Of a stretch of DNA of 64,000 nucleotides, positions 39,105 to 64,000 are shown one piece after another. Source of the DNA: the human T2T-CHM13v2.0 reference genome, Homo sapiens; NCBI RefSeq assembly GCF_009914755.1, contig NC_060931.1; one strand, written 5' to 3'. Each line of letters starts with the position of its first letter. The first letter of the stretch is position 1. The notes beneath the pieces are model-generated. The model did not search any database, was not told where the DNA came from, and saw only the letters and a list, made by a program, of their open reading frames with translations. A program made the position numbers and the translations under genes.

Positions 39105-40872
39105 TGATGTCTTCTCCAGCAAGTAACAAACTTAGCAATAACCTTGGCATCTGACCTAGCTAGGGAGAAACTGAGCCAAGAGAGGCGTTACGGACCAGTG
39201 CCCCAGGAGTCTCAGAGCTCCAGCGGGTGGGTCATCCTCAGGGCAAGAGAAGGCCTTAATGCCAGCCCGTGCATTCGGAACGCTGTTTGTCCCCACTGAT
39301 ACGGGTTGGATGCTGCCTGGGAGGAGGACTTGTGGGGATGGTTAATAGATGAGCGAGCTTTCTGGAGAGAGAAGGGTGAGTTATGGGGTTGGCAGGGAGG
39401 AGAGCCATCTTGGAAGTGAGTAAGAGGAAGTGAGGAAAGAGAAGGAGTGGGGCATTTGGCATCTTACTAAGTCATTGGTTGAGTTGTTACTGGCTGAGTG
39501 GAATTAACATAGCAGAAGATAAGATTCTTTAGGAAATTAAAAGTGAATTGTAGAATGGACAACACTCAGTGGGTGGTGTACAGCAGGCACTCAATAGCAC
39601 CTCCCCAAAGCTGTGAAGACAGTCGCACAGTGGGACTGTATTGAGAGTCGGAAGGGGCAAATCACTTCATCCAACTACAGATGAGGAAATCCTTCCGAAA
39701 GGCTCCAAGCTGGTCTGGGTTTTGGAATTGGTTAATAGTGGAGCGGGGGCAAGAGTGGAATCTCGCCTCCTGAGCTCTCTTTCAATGTTCTTTCTGCTCT
39801 GCCATGCTGTTTTTTTTTCTGTTTACAGAGTAGAATTCTGAAGACAGTGAATTTAGAAATAATAGCATAACAACGTGTAAAGATGAAAACTCCCAAGTAC
39901 TGTAGCGTTCTGTGTGACCAAAAGCCAGAACAACAAACAATTCGGACAACCTGTTGCAGTTCAAGTGGAATAGACTATGTTAATCCAGATAGGGAAAAGG
40001 ACACATCCCAAACCAATTCTAATTTGGTTTTTAAGCCCAAGGCCACAGTATTTTGAGACCAGTAAGAAATGGTAGTAGTAGTAGGGTGGTTTATGCCTTG
40101 TATAAATTAGAGAGTTTCCAAAACATTGTCGGCCACTCTTTCAGTTTTTCACTAATTATTTCTATCAGAATGAAATCAAATAGAGAAAAGCATTCTCTTT
40201 TACTGTTACTTCAGCTGGACTGCCATGTTCCCTGTGTCACAGAAGAGTGTCACTCTGGCCTGAAATAGGACCTTTTCACACTTGGACATTTTCACACTTA
40301 CCCACTTCTCCATGCTCCCCGAAGTTATTACAGTTCAAGAGATTTCTGTTACTTTGAGATTTCATAACTTTGACTTGCCAGAGAGACCTTGATGTAGTGT
40401 AAACCTAAATTGGAATGAATAGTAAGCTAGGATTATACTAGAAGTTGACTGGGCTAAAATGACGGTAATTTGTTTTAAATCTACACTTGAAAGAAATAGA
40501 GAAGTTCCCGGAGAGAGCTTTTATGGCTTATACCTTTTCCTCCCTTCTTAATCTCCAGAATTTATTGAGGAGCACAATTTTTAGCAAGTGAAAGAATGAC
40601 CGTCTAGAACTCACATTTACTGTATGCAGTGAGAAAATTTGGAAGCCAGTTCACTTACTAGAATATATATGTTATAGGGTCATTTCCCTTTTTTTTGTCT
40701 TTTAAATTCTTTTTGTATTTGTTACATACCAAACTATAACTGTCCTGCCTTTCTTTACTGGTAATATGATTTCCAATGTCGTACTTTTTCATGATTCCTA
40801 TCCTAAAAGTGTGCATAAGTTTTATTTGTTTTTTACCATTTGTTTTTTGTTTTGTTTTGTTTTTTTACCTAG

Positions 40873-40926
40873 AGAAGTGAAAGGGGCATCAAGAGCAGCT
40901 GGTCTTGGCCGTCGCGCTGTTGTCTG
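40873..40926 (+). CDS. WIPI2: WIPI2 exon 2, 54-nt alternatively spliced cassette (included in WIPI2a/c, skipped in b/d)
   Basis: Long T-rich tract + cctag acceptor; encodes (T)EVKGASRAAGLGRRAVV(W); donor TG|gttagt; symmetric phase 2-2. Confidence 0.95.
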
Positions 40927-41324
40927 GTTAGTTCCAACCCTGGTTTCTGAAAGTATCACCTTGGAAGGCTTATGTTAGAGGACTTTTTTGGCTTTTTGAA
41001 ATTGAAGTGAACCAGTTAATAAGTGGGAGAGGATCACTTGAATCTGAAATGGAAATATCAAGGACTACATTTTTCCAGTGGATACCACAGCTTGTGGGAA
41101 GTTAGTGATGTAGCAATGTCTGTTTTAAATGCCATGTCTAAAAGGGATGGAATGAAGAAAGGGACTTGACTTTCCAAGTCTTGTGTTTGTAGAATTGATG
41201 TTATGAAGTGTGTGGAGACAACAGGAGAAACCTGTTGTTTTCTTCCACCATGTCTCTTCTAGGTTATGCTTATTGTGCTGGGAAGGTACTGCTCTCCTCT
41301 CTTTGTTCATCTGTAAATCAAGGG

Positions 41325-45079
<3,755 letters not shown>

Positions 45080-45979
45080 TTATCTGGAAAATGTTTTCCT
45101 GAACATCAGTTTCCCGAAAGTTCTGGGTTGCTGAGATTTTGTTTTAGTTTTAGCCTAGGGATATTACTCTATTCTTCTTGGTTCTTTTATTAATTTTCAA
45201 AATAGTTACAGGTAATAATACCTAATTATTTCATTGATACAACAATTGATGTAACTAATTCAGTATAGTAAAGAAGCAAAAAATTTTTGCAAAGAAAAAT
45301 TATATGAGCTGGTAGAGTTTTGTTTCTGTTCTTTTTATCCTTCTAAGATAAATCAATGTGATTTTACAGATTAATACTGATTATAGCAACTCTTCTTGGA
45401 ATACATTTCTTCCACATACGTGTGAAAGAGTAGTTGGAAATCTCAAGTTTTTAATAAATCACATGATCATTAAAATAGCCCTGATCCTATCTTGGGGTAC
45501 AAATACTTAGTGTGAAATGTGCCCCTTCCCTGTTTCAGCCTTCTGTTTTACCTCCTCATTTTCATGTTCTCCCAGATGTTAAAAGTGATCCTGGTATCTG
45601 ATTCCTCTGTACCCCAGTGCTTCCTGCTTGTTCGCTCATCTTTCTTCTGCTGAAAGCTGGACTTGCTTCTTGTTTTGCTTTCTTTGGTCAACTGGGTTCT
45701 GGAGAGGCACTTTTCTGATGAGGAAACCCCTTCTGTGGTGTCCCCGAGGCCCCTGCTGGGAGGGGCTGCTGAGCTGTGGGCTCCTTGAGCCTCCTCGCAG
45801 AAGCGGGTGATGAGTATGGACTCATAAACGCAAGGCCATGAAACCAATCCTCTGCTTTTTCCTTGTAAGCCAACGACGGGGCCTTTGATTCCAGACTCTA
45901 AGGTAGCTTTGGAGTCCGTTTCGTTTCCAGCCCACTGCTCAGCCATGGCACAGCACAGGGGTGGAGCCACGGGTAGTAA

Positions 45980-47088
<1,109 letters not shown>

Positions 47089-47322
47089 TCAGAAAAGTTT
47101 TATAGGATTTAAGTAATAATATTGTCTGTATTTTATTGACCTTGTGGCATCTTCCTGTGCCAAGCACTTGATACAAACAGTGTGAAATGATTTGCTCTGT
47201 GCTGATTTGTGGAGGGCACGCGGGGAACTTGCTGGGAACTCGCTGGGAACGTGGGAGCTGGTTTCTACATTGTCACTGTCTGCACGTATCAGCTCTTATT
47301 TCTGAATTTGGCTTTTTTGCAG

Positions 47323-47405
47323 GTCCCTAGCTGTTGGTAGTAAGTCCGGTTATAAATTTTTCTCCCTTTCTTCTGTGGATAAGCTGGAACAGATCTATGA
47401 ATGCA
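47323..47405 (+). CDS. WIPI2: WIPI2 exon 3
   Basis: ttttttgcag acceptor; [27 protein letters not shown](T); donor A|gtaagt; 83 nt; frame continuous with exons 1/2. Confidence 0.97.
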
Positions 47406-49209
47406 GTAAGTGTTTGCTTTATTTTTCCCCTTCTTAAAAAAAAAAAAAAAAGTTGTACTTGAATTGGAATGCGATCTAAAATTCAGACGCTGTGGTTGAA
47501 GTCCAGACACCCTCTTACCAGTCCTCTGCTTCCACCTTCATCTCCCCAAGAGGTGGCAACTGGTGACACCTGTGGCCGTCTGTCCTGATCTGTGCATTTG
47601 CCTACATAGGAGGGCAGGTACCGAGGGAGCTCTGTTCATGAGGGTCTTCAGTACATGAGCACATACCATGTGTACTGGTCTGTAACTTCTCTCCCTTTTA
47701 ATGCCATTTAAACCGTCTAAATTACTGTCATAAAGGGCTTCCAGAAAATTGAAAATTTTACAGCCCCTGTAGGAACAATTTATTTTCCCGCGTTGGCATT
47801 TTACAGCATTGAAGTGGCCCGCGTGTCGGAGAGGCGCATGGAACAGCGGGAGGTCATGCGCTTTGGCCTCTTGCTCAGTCATGTTTTGTGTGGTTCTAGA
47901 TGGATTACTTCATCTCTGGGCCTCAGTTTCTTTTATTTTTTGCAAAACAGAAATAATGCAGGTCTGTAAGATTATTGCCAGGATTAGAGATTATGTATGT
48001 GTGTACTTAACAGTGTGCAAAAATAGTATTTGCTGAGTAAAGCCTGTGATGGAGACTGTGACTGGAAGCTTTGGACCCTTTCCACATGTGTAATTTTTAA
48101 TTAAGATAGTTATGGATTCACATGTAGTTGCAGGAAATAATACAGGTCCCTTGCATCCTTTACCCTGTTCTTCCCAGTGTAACATCTCGCAAAGCCCCAG
48201 TGTAATATCATAGCTGGGATATTGACATCCACCTCTCCTGAGCACACTCTCCAGTGCTCCTTGTGCTCGTTTGTGTGTGCGTAGGTTCTGTGCAGTCTTT
48301 TTTGTTTGTTTTTTTTTTGAGACGGAGTTTTGCTCTTACTGCCCAGGCTGGAGTGCAGTGGTGCCATCTTGGCTCACCGCACCCTCCGTCTCCCCCAGGT
48401 TCCAGCGATTCTGAACTTTGTGCTGGTGACTTTTAATTATGGTGTTCTCCTGGCCCGCCAGCAGGTGCGGCCTTTCGGACTCGCTCCTGGGCCCTGGCCT
48501 CCTCTCTGCAGGTGAGCCTGCAGGTGCCCCTCACCTCCATCGGGGATGTGTCTGATTCTTCCCAGCAGTGTCTTTCCTGTTGCTGCCCCCAAGAGCAAGT
48601 ACCCCGGCCCTTTGCAGGGAGAGAGTGGGGCAGCAGAATTTCCATGATCAGCGTCCCCGACTCATGGCTCCTGGTGGCTGGCTTAGGTTTTACTCTTTTC
48701 TTTGTCCTTAGACTTGCCTGCTGGTACTTACTAAATCTTCCAAAAAAGCCTTTCTTCTGCCATGGAGGCTGGGAGATGTGATCTGGGCGATAACATAGGT
48801 GTGAGCCAGGGCTGTTTATCCCAGGCGCCGCCCGCCTTCCTGAAGTCCTGTCACCTGGCTGCCTTCACGTGAGCCACACGGGATTGCTCCCCACAGTGGT
48901 TTCTGCAGTGGAGGGCAGCCCCGTCTCCAGGCTTTTACGAATGACTGAAACTCAGTCCAGATCCAGATGAAGCGCCTGAATTGTGCTGTTAAATTGTTGC
49001 TGGAGTCACTGTAGTCATCTGTTTTGAAATGCACAGAGGTTTTTCCCTTGCTGGGGGCCAGTGCTTATAAAGAGTGGAAGAATGCCAAAACCTGGTCTTT
49101 CCTTTTCCTCAAATTGAAGTTTAGTTACTGGCTTCTAGTGCCTTATTTCCCAGAGATTTTTAGTGGAACAAAATGGGATGTCTTGATAGTATCTTTTAGA
49201 GTGGATATT

Positions 49210-53554
<4,345 letters not shown>

Positions 53555-54354
53555 TTATTTACAATTCTTACATCAACTCAAACTGAGTTCTTTTTTTTTT
53601 TTCCCCCATGCAGTCATGTGCTGCCGCTGTTTTTTTTTTTTTAACTACCTGTTTCTGCCGTTTGCCTGTTTTTCTGTTGGGTTATTTATCTCCTAATGAC
53701 TTAAAGCAAATTAGCCATTTGTTAGGGGTTGCAAATATTTTTTTTTTCTGGACTGTCATTTGCCTTTTGACCTTGTTTATGATTCTTTTCACCATTCTGA
53801 AGTCTTGAATTTCTATGTATTCAAATGCATTGGTCTTTTTTTCTAAGGCTTCTAAATACTAGAAAGGGTTTTTCCTGCTCCCAGCATGTACATAAAACAT
53901 TTCCCAAGGTGGTCCTGTAATACTCTGGGGTCATGTTCTACCTTCAATACTTGGAGTGTATTGGATGTAAGGAATCCCTCCCTTGCATTAAGGGGCTGGG
54001 AAGGATGCTTGCCTGTGTCCTTACTTATGTAGAGGGGCTTACTCTGAAGCATTTAGGGTGAATGTCAGAAGGAGCTTCTCTTCCAAACTTCAATAAAGAA
54101 AAAATCATTGAAGCAAAATGGTAGAAAGTTAATATTTGTTGGATTAGGTGTTGAGTATATGGAGGTTCATTTTACTGTTCTCTTTTATGAATATTTGCAG
54201 TTAAAAACGAGCTTTTCTGCCTTCATCCTCCCATCCCTGTTTAAAGCATTCTGAAAGCTCTGCTTTTTCTCATTAACATTTTAGAAAAACCATTTCCAAG
54301 TGATGGTTGGTGGTATTACCTTCTCAGCACCTGCACGTAAGCAACTGAAGACAT

Positions 54355-57290
<2,936 letters not shown>

Positions 57291-57644
57291 GCACAGTCTT
57301 TCTCTGTGCAGTTGAATTGGAATTTATCACCACCTCTAATGGCGACTTGCTCTTTGAGATGATCGTCTCATACTGTTCTCACTTTGAAATCTCCCACCTC
57401 CATCCCATCACAGTTAACACCTGCTGCTGCTTCAAGAGAGGTTGGTGCTGTCGGTCTGGGGCTCCCTTCTCTTTCCTTCTTCAGGTGACCAGCCCCCTAA
57501 GTGGTTTGTTCCTCCAGGCAAGCAGTCTCAACCATAAATCCATCTCAGTATATCTAGTAGCTCCTGTATTTGAAGACAGAAACTTCCCTTGCCCATGCAT
57601 ATCCCCCAGCCCCTCCCATATTTCTACTTCTCCAGAACATAACT

Positions 57645-57957
57645 TCTTTTTTTGTTTTGTTTTTTTGGTTTTTTTGGTGGAGTCTCGTTGTGCTGCCCAT
57701 GCTGGAGTCTGGTGGTGCCATCTCGGCTGGCTGCAACCTCCGTCTCTCAGGTTCAACTGATGCTCCTGCCTCAGCCTCCCAAGTAGCTGGGATTACAGGC
57801 GCCCACCGCGATGCCCGGCTCATTTTTTGTATTTTTAGTAGAGATGGGGTTTCATCATGTTGGCCAGGCTGGCCTCGAACGCCTGACCTCAGGTGATCTG
57901 CCTGCCTCAGCCTCCCAAAGTGATGGGACTCCAGGCGTGAGCCCCTGCGCCTGGCCT
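57645..57957 (-). mobile_element. AluS
   Basis: Reverse Alu. Confidence 0.85.
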
Positions 57958-58445
57958 GTAGCATAACTCCTATAGATAGTTGCCTAAGTTTTTTTCCACT
58001 TCTCATTCTCTTTCATGTTTCAGCCATTCTTCCTACACATCTCCATCAAAATATGTCAAGGTCGCCATATAAGCTCCTCGTTCCCAGACTCAGGGGACGT
58101 GTCTCATTTCCTCTTCCCTCCTCTGCAGTGCTGGGCACAGTTACCTGCTTGCTGTTCTTCAGATGCCCTCTTCTGTTGACTTCCATCTCATACACGGTCT
58201 TGGCTTTTCTCTTACTCAATCTCCTTTGCTGACCTTTGGCAGTTTCGGTGCCACACAGGGCCCTGGGCCCACATCTCTTTGGCCTCCTCTCCGTGATGGC
58301 AGGCACTGCCCTGTTTACCACTGTATACTTGGGATGGTCTCTACTGGTGTAGGATCTGCTGTTTGTGTTGAATGGGTGAAGTAAATAAGTCAAGTTTTAC
58401 CAAGCAAAGCAGTAAGAACCTATTCTTTGAAAAAAAATAAAAATA

Positions 58446-59357
<912 letters not shown>

Positions 59358-60254
59358 TATTTGGAAGTAAGTTCTTTTCACCACTGATTGGATTTAGGAG
59401 GCCAGTGGAGAGGCCAGTGGATTTAAATAAAATTGTACTTAATAAAAAACCAGTTTTGTGTATACCAGGTTTTCCTATGTGTCCCAACCCTGAAGTTAAT
59501 GAAGCTGAGAGTCCAACTCTTCTTTCACCATTCAGGAAGTAGATATCAGGCCTTACAGCTAATTAGAGCAGAGCTGAGACTGGAATGTGATTGTTAAACT
59601 CACCTTCCTGCAGGGTCGCCGTGGCACCCAGTACTCACCAAGGTTGCAGTGCCGCACACACGCCCAGTACATGTGTTAGGACGCGTGCCGCTGAGCTTCA
59701 CCAAGAGCACTTCTGCCTCTTGGATGTAGCACTGGGGTTAACAGCATTTCACCACCCACTGAAACTGAATGGCACAGAGATTGAGTTTTGTTTTTTGTTG
59801 CTGTTGTTGTTGTTTTGATGTTTTTAAAACAACACCATTTGGGGAGTTTGGGGAATATCCAAAATCTGGTCATAAGGTCCATTCCATCCGTTCAGCCAGT
59901 GTGGAAGGAGCTCCTCGTCTATGACAGGCGACATTAGACCTGGGGGTGGTGCAGCCGTGAATGGGCCAAACACGGCACCTGTCCTCAGACCATCAGTCCA
60001 GCAGGGAACTCTGTCTCTCAGCCATTGCCTAGATTCTCAGTGGTAAGCGCGGTGACTACTAGAGGCAACAGGTACAGGATGCAACTGGGCCAGTGCGTGC
60101 AGCCCCTAATACTACCAAGTACTACCTGAGAATGGGGTGCCTGGAGAGTGAGAGGCTAGACAGTGGCCGGGGAAGGGCCTTGTGCCGCTGGATTTGCACA
60201 TCTGGCTGCCGGATTTGAGAAGTGAGGGTGGCAGCCTCAGGACACCAGCCATGA

Positions 60255-60590
<336 letters not shown>

Positions 60591-61127
60591 TAGCAAGCAA
60601 GGCTGCCGTGACTTAGTATCCATGTCAATCTCCTGAGGGAAAGAGGGGACTGGTCAGAGAACCAGGGTCTGATCTTTAGAGAAATTATTTTTACTGCAAA
60701 TAATTGACATTCTGGGTTATGCACCATCTCTTCTGAGTTGGGTTGGCCTCGTGTCTGAGTGGTGCTGCATGCCAGGTGCTAGAGGTGTATCCGCTGACAA
60801 AGATTCCTGTGTCCACGCACTGGCATGATCCCTCCTGATCGTGCCTTTCGTTGACAGATCCTGGAAGACGGTGGCCGCTAGTCTGAGATGCTGCTGAGCA
60901 GAGAAGCTGCAGACAGAACCTGTCCTCCCTGGCCCCCCGACCCTACCACCATCTCCCCATTTGTGGCAGACGCTTGCATCTGTTCCTTTTGAATGAAGGT
61001 CGCTTGCTGTTGTCAGAAAGAAGGTTTATGACAGCTTTCTGGTAAAAGCAACTGAAAAGACACTGAATGGATGCTGTGAAGAGCTTAGGATGATGTACTT
61101 GTGTTTATGGCCCGTTCCATTTGAAGT

Positions 61128-61413
61128 GGTGTCGCACTGCAGGATGGCGCGTAGGTCAGCGAGGGGCCGCGGGTGCGAGGGTGGTCCTGTGAGAGGAGCA
61201 GGCCGTGTTTTTGCTGCAGCTTTCCCATGTTTCATTCACACACACAAGTACTTGTCACTGTGCTGCAGCTGGCCACAGTATCCAGTTAGTCACACGCAGC
61301 GCAGGTCTGTAGCCAGGAGCCACAGGCCACAGCATACAGCCTAGGGGCATAGTAGGCCTACCATCTAGATTTGTGTTTGCACGACACAATTGCCTACGGG
61401 GCTTTTCTTTGTT

Positions 61414-61446
<33 letters not shown>

Positions 61447-61780
61447 TTGAGATGGAGTCTCGCTCTGTGGCCCAGGCTGGAGTGCAGTGGCGCGATTTTG
61501 GCTCACTTCAAGCTCCGTCCCCCGGGTTCACACCGTTCTCCTGCCTCAGGCTCCTGAGTAGCTGGGACTACAGGCGCCCGCCACCACGCCTGGCTAATTT
61601 TTTGTATTTTTAGTAGAGATGGGGTTTCACCATGTTAGCCAGGATGGTCTTAATCTCCCGACCTTGTGATCCACCCACCTCGGCCTCCCAAAGTGCTGGG
61701 ATTACAGGCGTGAGCCACCGCGCCCGGCCCCTTCAGGGCATTTCTTAGAACGTATGTCAGCGTTTTGTGACATGAGTGTA
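61128..61780 (+). mobile_element. Tigger3a-like DNA transposon with inserted reverse AluY (~61405-61729, (GTT)n tail)
   Basis: caggtctgtagccaggagc...tagtaggcctaccatctagatttgtgt...atttcttagaacgtat...gacatgagtgta. Confidence 0.72.
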
Positions 61781-62245
61781 ATAGCGACATCTTTTTAATA
61801 AATATGTGTCATGCCACTTTGGACATGTGTGATTCTTTGGCCAGCCTCAGTATGCGAGCACGTAGGCTAGCGCTCAGCACATGAGTCTATGGAACCCAGG
61901 GGAAGCAATTGCAGTTTCGTAGTAGTTTGTGTCTTAATTAAGGGAGCCCCTAGACCTTACTCTTTCACTTTACCTAGGAGTTTGGTTCCTAAACTCACCA
62001 TTCAAATCCAGCAACAGAACTGACTGAAAGGAACCTTTGTCTTTCGTGTGAATGCTCGTGAGGGGCCATCCTTAGAGTGGAAATGCTCCTGAGGCTCCAG
62101 CGAATCAAGACCCTCAGACCCCCGGGCTGTCCCCACCCCATGACCACATGTTCCGCAGGCACCCTCAGCGCTGTGCCCTGCGTGTCGCCCAGGCAGGTGT
62201 TTGTTTTTGAGCGCAGATTCTGCCTGTGGCCATAGCCATGTGGAG

Positions 62246-62449
62246 ATGTTCACGCATGTACTTCCCTTTGTGATTTCAGCCGATACGGAAGATGTGTGCA
62301 TTGTAGAGAGATTGTTCTCCAGCAGCCTAGTGGCCATCGTGAGCCTTAAAGCACCAAGGAAGCTAAAGGTTTGCCACTTTAAGAAGGGAACTGAGATCTG
62401 CAACTACAGCTACTCCAACACGATTCTGGCTGTGAAGCTCAACAGGCAG
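62246..62449 (+). CDS. WIPI2: Alternative N-terminus ([12 protein letters not shown]) of a short WIPI2 isoform initiating in intron 3
   Basis: ATG at 62246 is in frame with exon 4 across the acceptor. Matches my recollection of an annotated short isoform, not verified here. Confidence 0.6.
62280..62449 (+). CDS. WIPI2: WIPI2 exon 4 (beta-propeller region with LFSSSL motif; last exon in window)
   Basis: tgatttcag acceptor; [56 protein letters not shown]; donor CAG|gtgagc; 170 nt. Exons 1-4 total 381 nt = 127 codons. Confidence 0.98.
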
Positions 62450-62730
62450 GTGAGCGCTGCCCCAGCTGGGTGTGGGCTTGTCTGTTGCTCCCTCCAGCAC
62501 TCTGGGACAAGCCCACCCCACCGGCATGCCCCTCCGTCATTCCCTTGCTGCCTGGCCCCATGTTGCCGGGCACAGATCCTTGCCTACAGAGACCAGCTCT
62601 GTTTCCTCACCCACCAGCTTTGCTCAGCCCATTCCATTCACGACAAATGCCCGGGCCTCTGCCACACTGCTCCCATACAGGCGTCCCCGGCCCCACCCAG
62701 AGGGTGGATGGCAGTCTCTTTCACCTATTA

Positions 62731-63066
<336 letters not shown>

Positions 63067-63959
63067 CTTACAGACTTTTTTTTCCTTTTGTAAATTGTTA
63101 GTTTAACTTTGAATTCAAGATGAAGGATTTATTACTTTATCTCCCCCTAAACTAATAAGACTGTCTGGCACAGAGGAAGGACGTGGTGGGTGGCATGTGT
63201 GCGTGTTTCACGCACGTGTGTGTGTCTCCCAGCTTGTGCTCACGCCCAGGGTAACAGCACCACCCGGGAGACCCCTGGCAATCTGATTCTGCCCGCACTC
63301 CCTGCAGGGAAAGCTGATTAGGCTGCTGGCTGTAGAGTGGACATGATGACAGCCAGTAGCTGCACCCTGAGATACAGTGACTAGGTGAAGTCACAGTAGA
63401 GACGTTCTTGCCTTACGCAGTTGAAACTAGGAACTGGTCTGTTAACTGACATAGTTGGTTAGAATGGGAAATTATAAGACATCATATCTTGAGCATTTAA
63501 AAATTGTAAAGCATACAAATTGTGTTCACGTCCAACTAATGTAGAGCTGGTCATCTTTCTTGCATAAGTTGTCTCAGCGATGCATCGTCTGCATGTCTAC
63601 ATTCATTTTCTTCCAAATGGAGCAGGAACTTGCAAAGTAATCTGAGTGCACAATAAAATGTTAGACCTTTTAAAACCCCCTTATTTTCATTTTACCTGTG
63701 CTGCACTCAGCATCAGTTTTAAAAAGCAAATCTTTCCAAATCTATTCACAGCACACTTGTCTTAGCTGTAGGTTAGCATTTGCCTAACACTAAACTAAAT
63801 GGCCTGGTTAGAATTCCCAGTAGAGATGGGGTGAGTATGAGGGAGAGGTGCATCTGGCCTGGCTCCTTCTTGATTGTTGATGGAAAGCAGCTGTATCCTT
63901 GGCGCTTCTAACATTGGTCTGCATGGTGTTCTAGAAGGAACTAAGATTGTGAAGCCAAC

Positions 63960-64000
63960 GCAGGGGTGGATCACCTGAGGTCAGGAGTCCAAGACCAGCC
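63960..64000 (+). mobile_element. Alu fragment running off the window end
   Basis: ggtggatcacctgaggtcaggagtccaagaccagcc. Confidence 0.8.

Noticed and set aside
47435-47451. A17 run just after exon 3 as a poly(A) site
   Set aside because: No upstream AATAAA; more likely a source of oligo-dT internal priming.

Overview
Primate (almost certainly human, 7p22.1) genomic DNA, extremely Alu-dense (by eye roughly half the window). It contains ~38 kb of repeat-dominated upstream DNA and the 5' part of the autophagy PROPPIN gene WIPI2 on the + strand. The gene portion comprises a CpG-island promoter (~37790-38470), coding exon 1 (38175-38248), the 54-nt cassette exon 2 (40873-40926), exon 3 (47323-47405) and exon 4 (62280-62449); the gene continues beyond the window. 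Other features are a retroposed U6 snRNA pseudogene, a THE1/MST solo LTR with intact target-site duplication, a fragmented L1MC element, two convergent old L1s, Tigger-family DNA transposons and a fossil ERV-L integrase/dUTPase segment. Nearly all ORFs in the supplied track are Alu-derived artefacts. I do not see a convincing undescribed biological system. The best leads are regulatory: a uORF in frame with the WIPI2 start, an internal start with its own uORF before exon 4, a dual 3'/5' splice motif in intron 3 and inverted Alus around exon 4. There are also several unusual repair or insertion scars. Repeat boundaries and subfamilies were judged by eye and are approximate.
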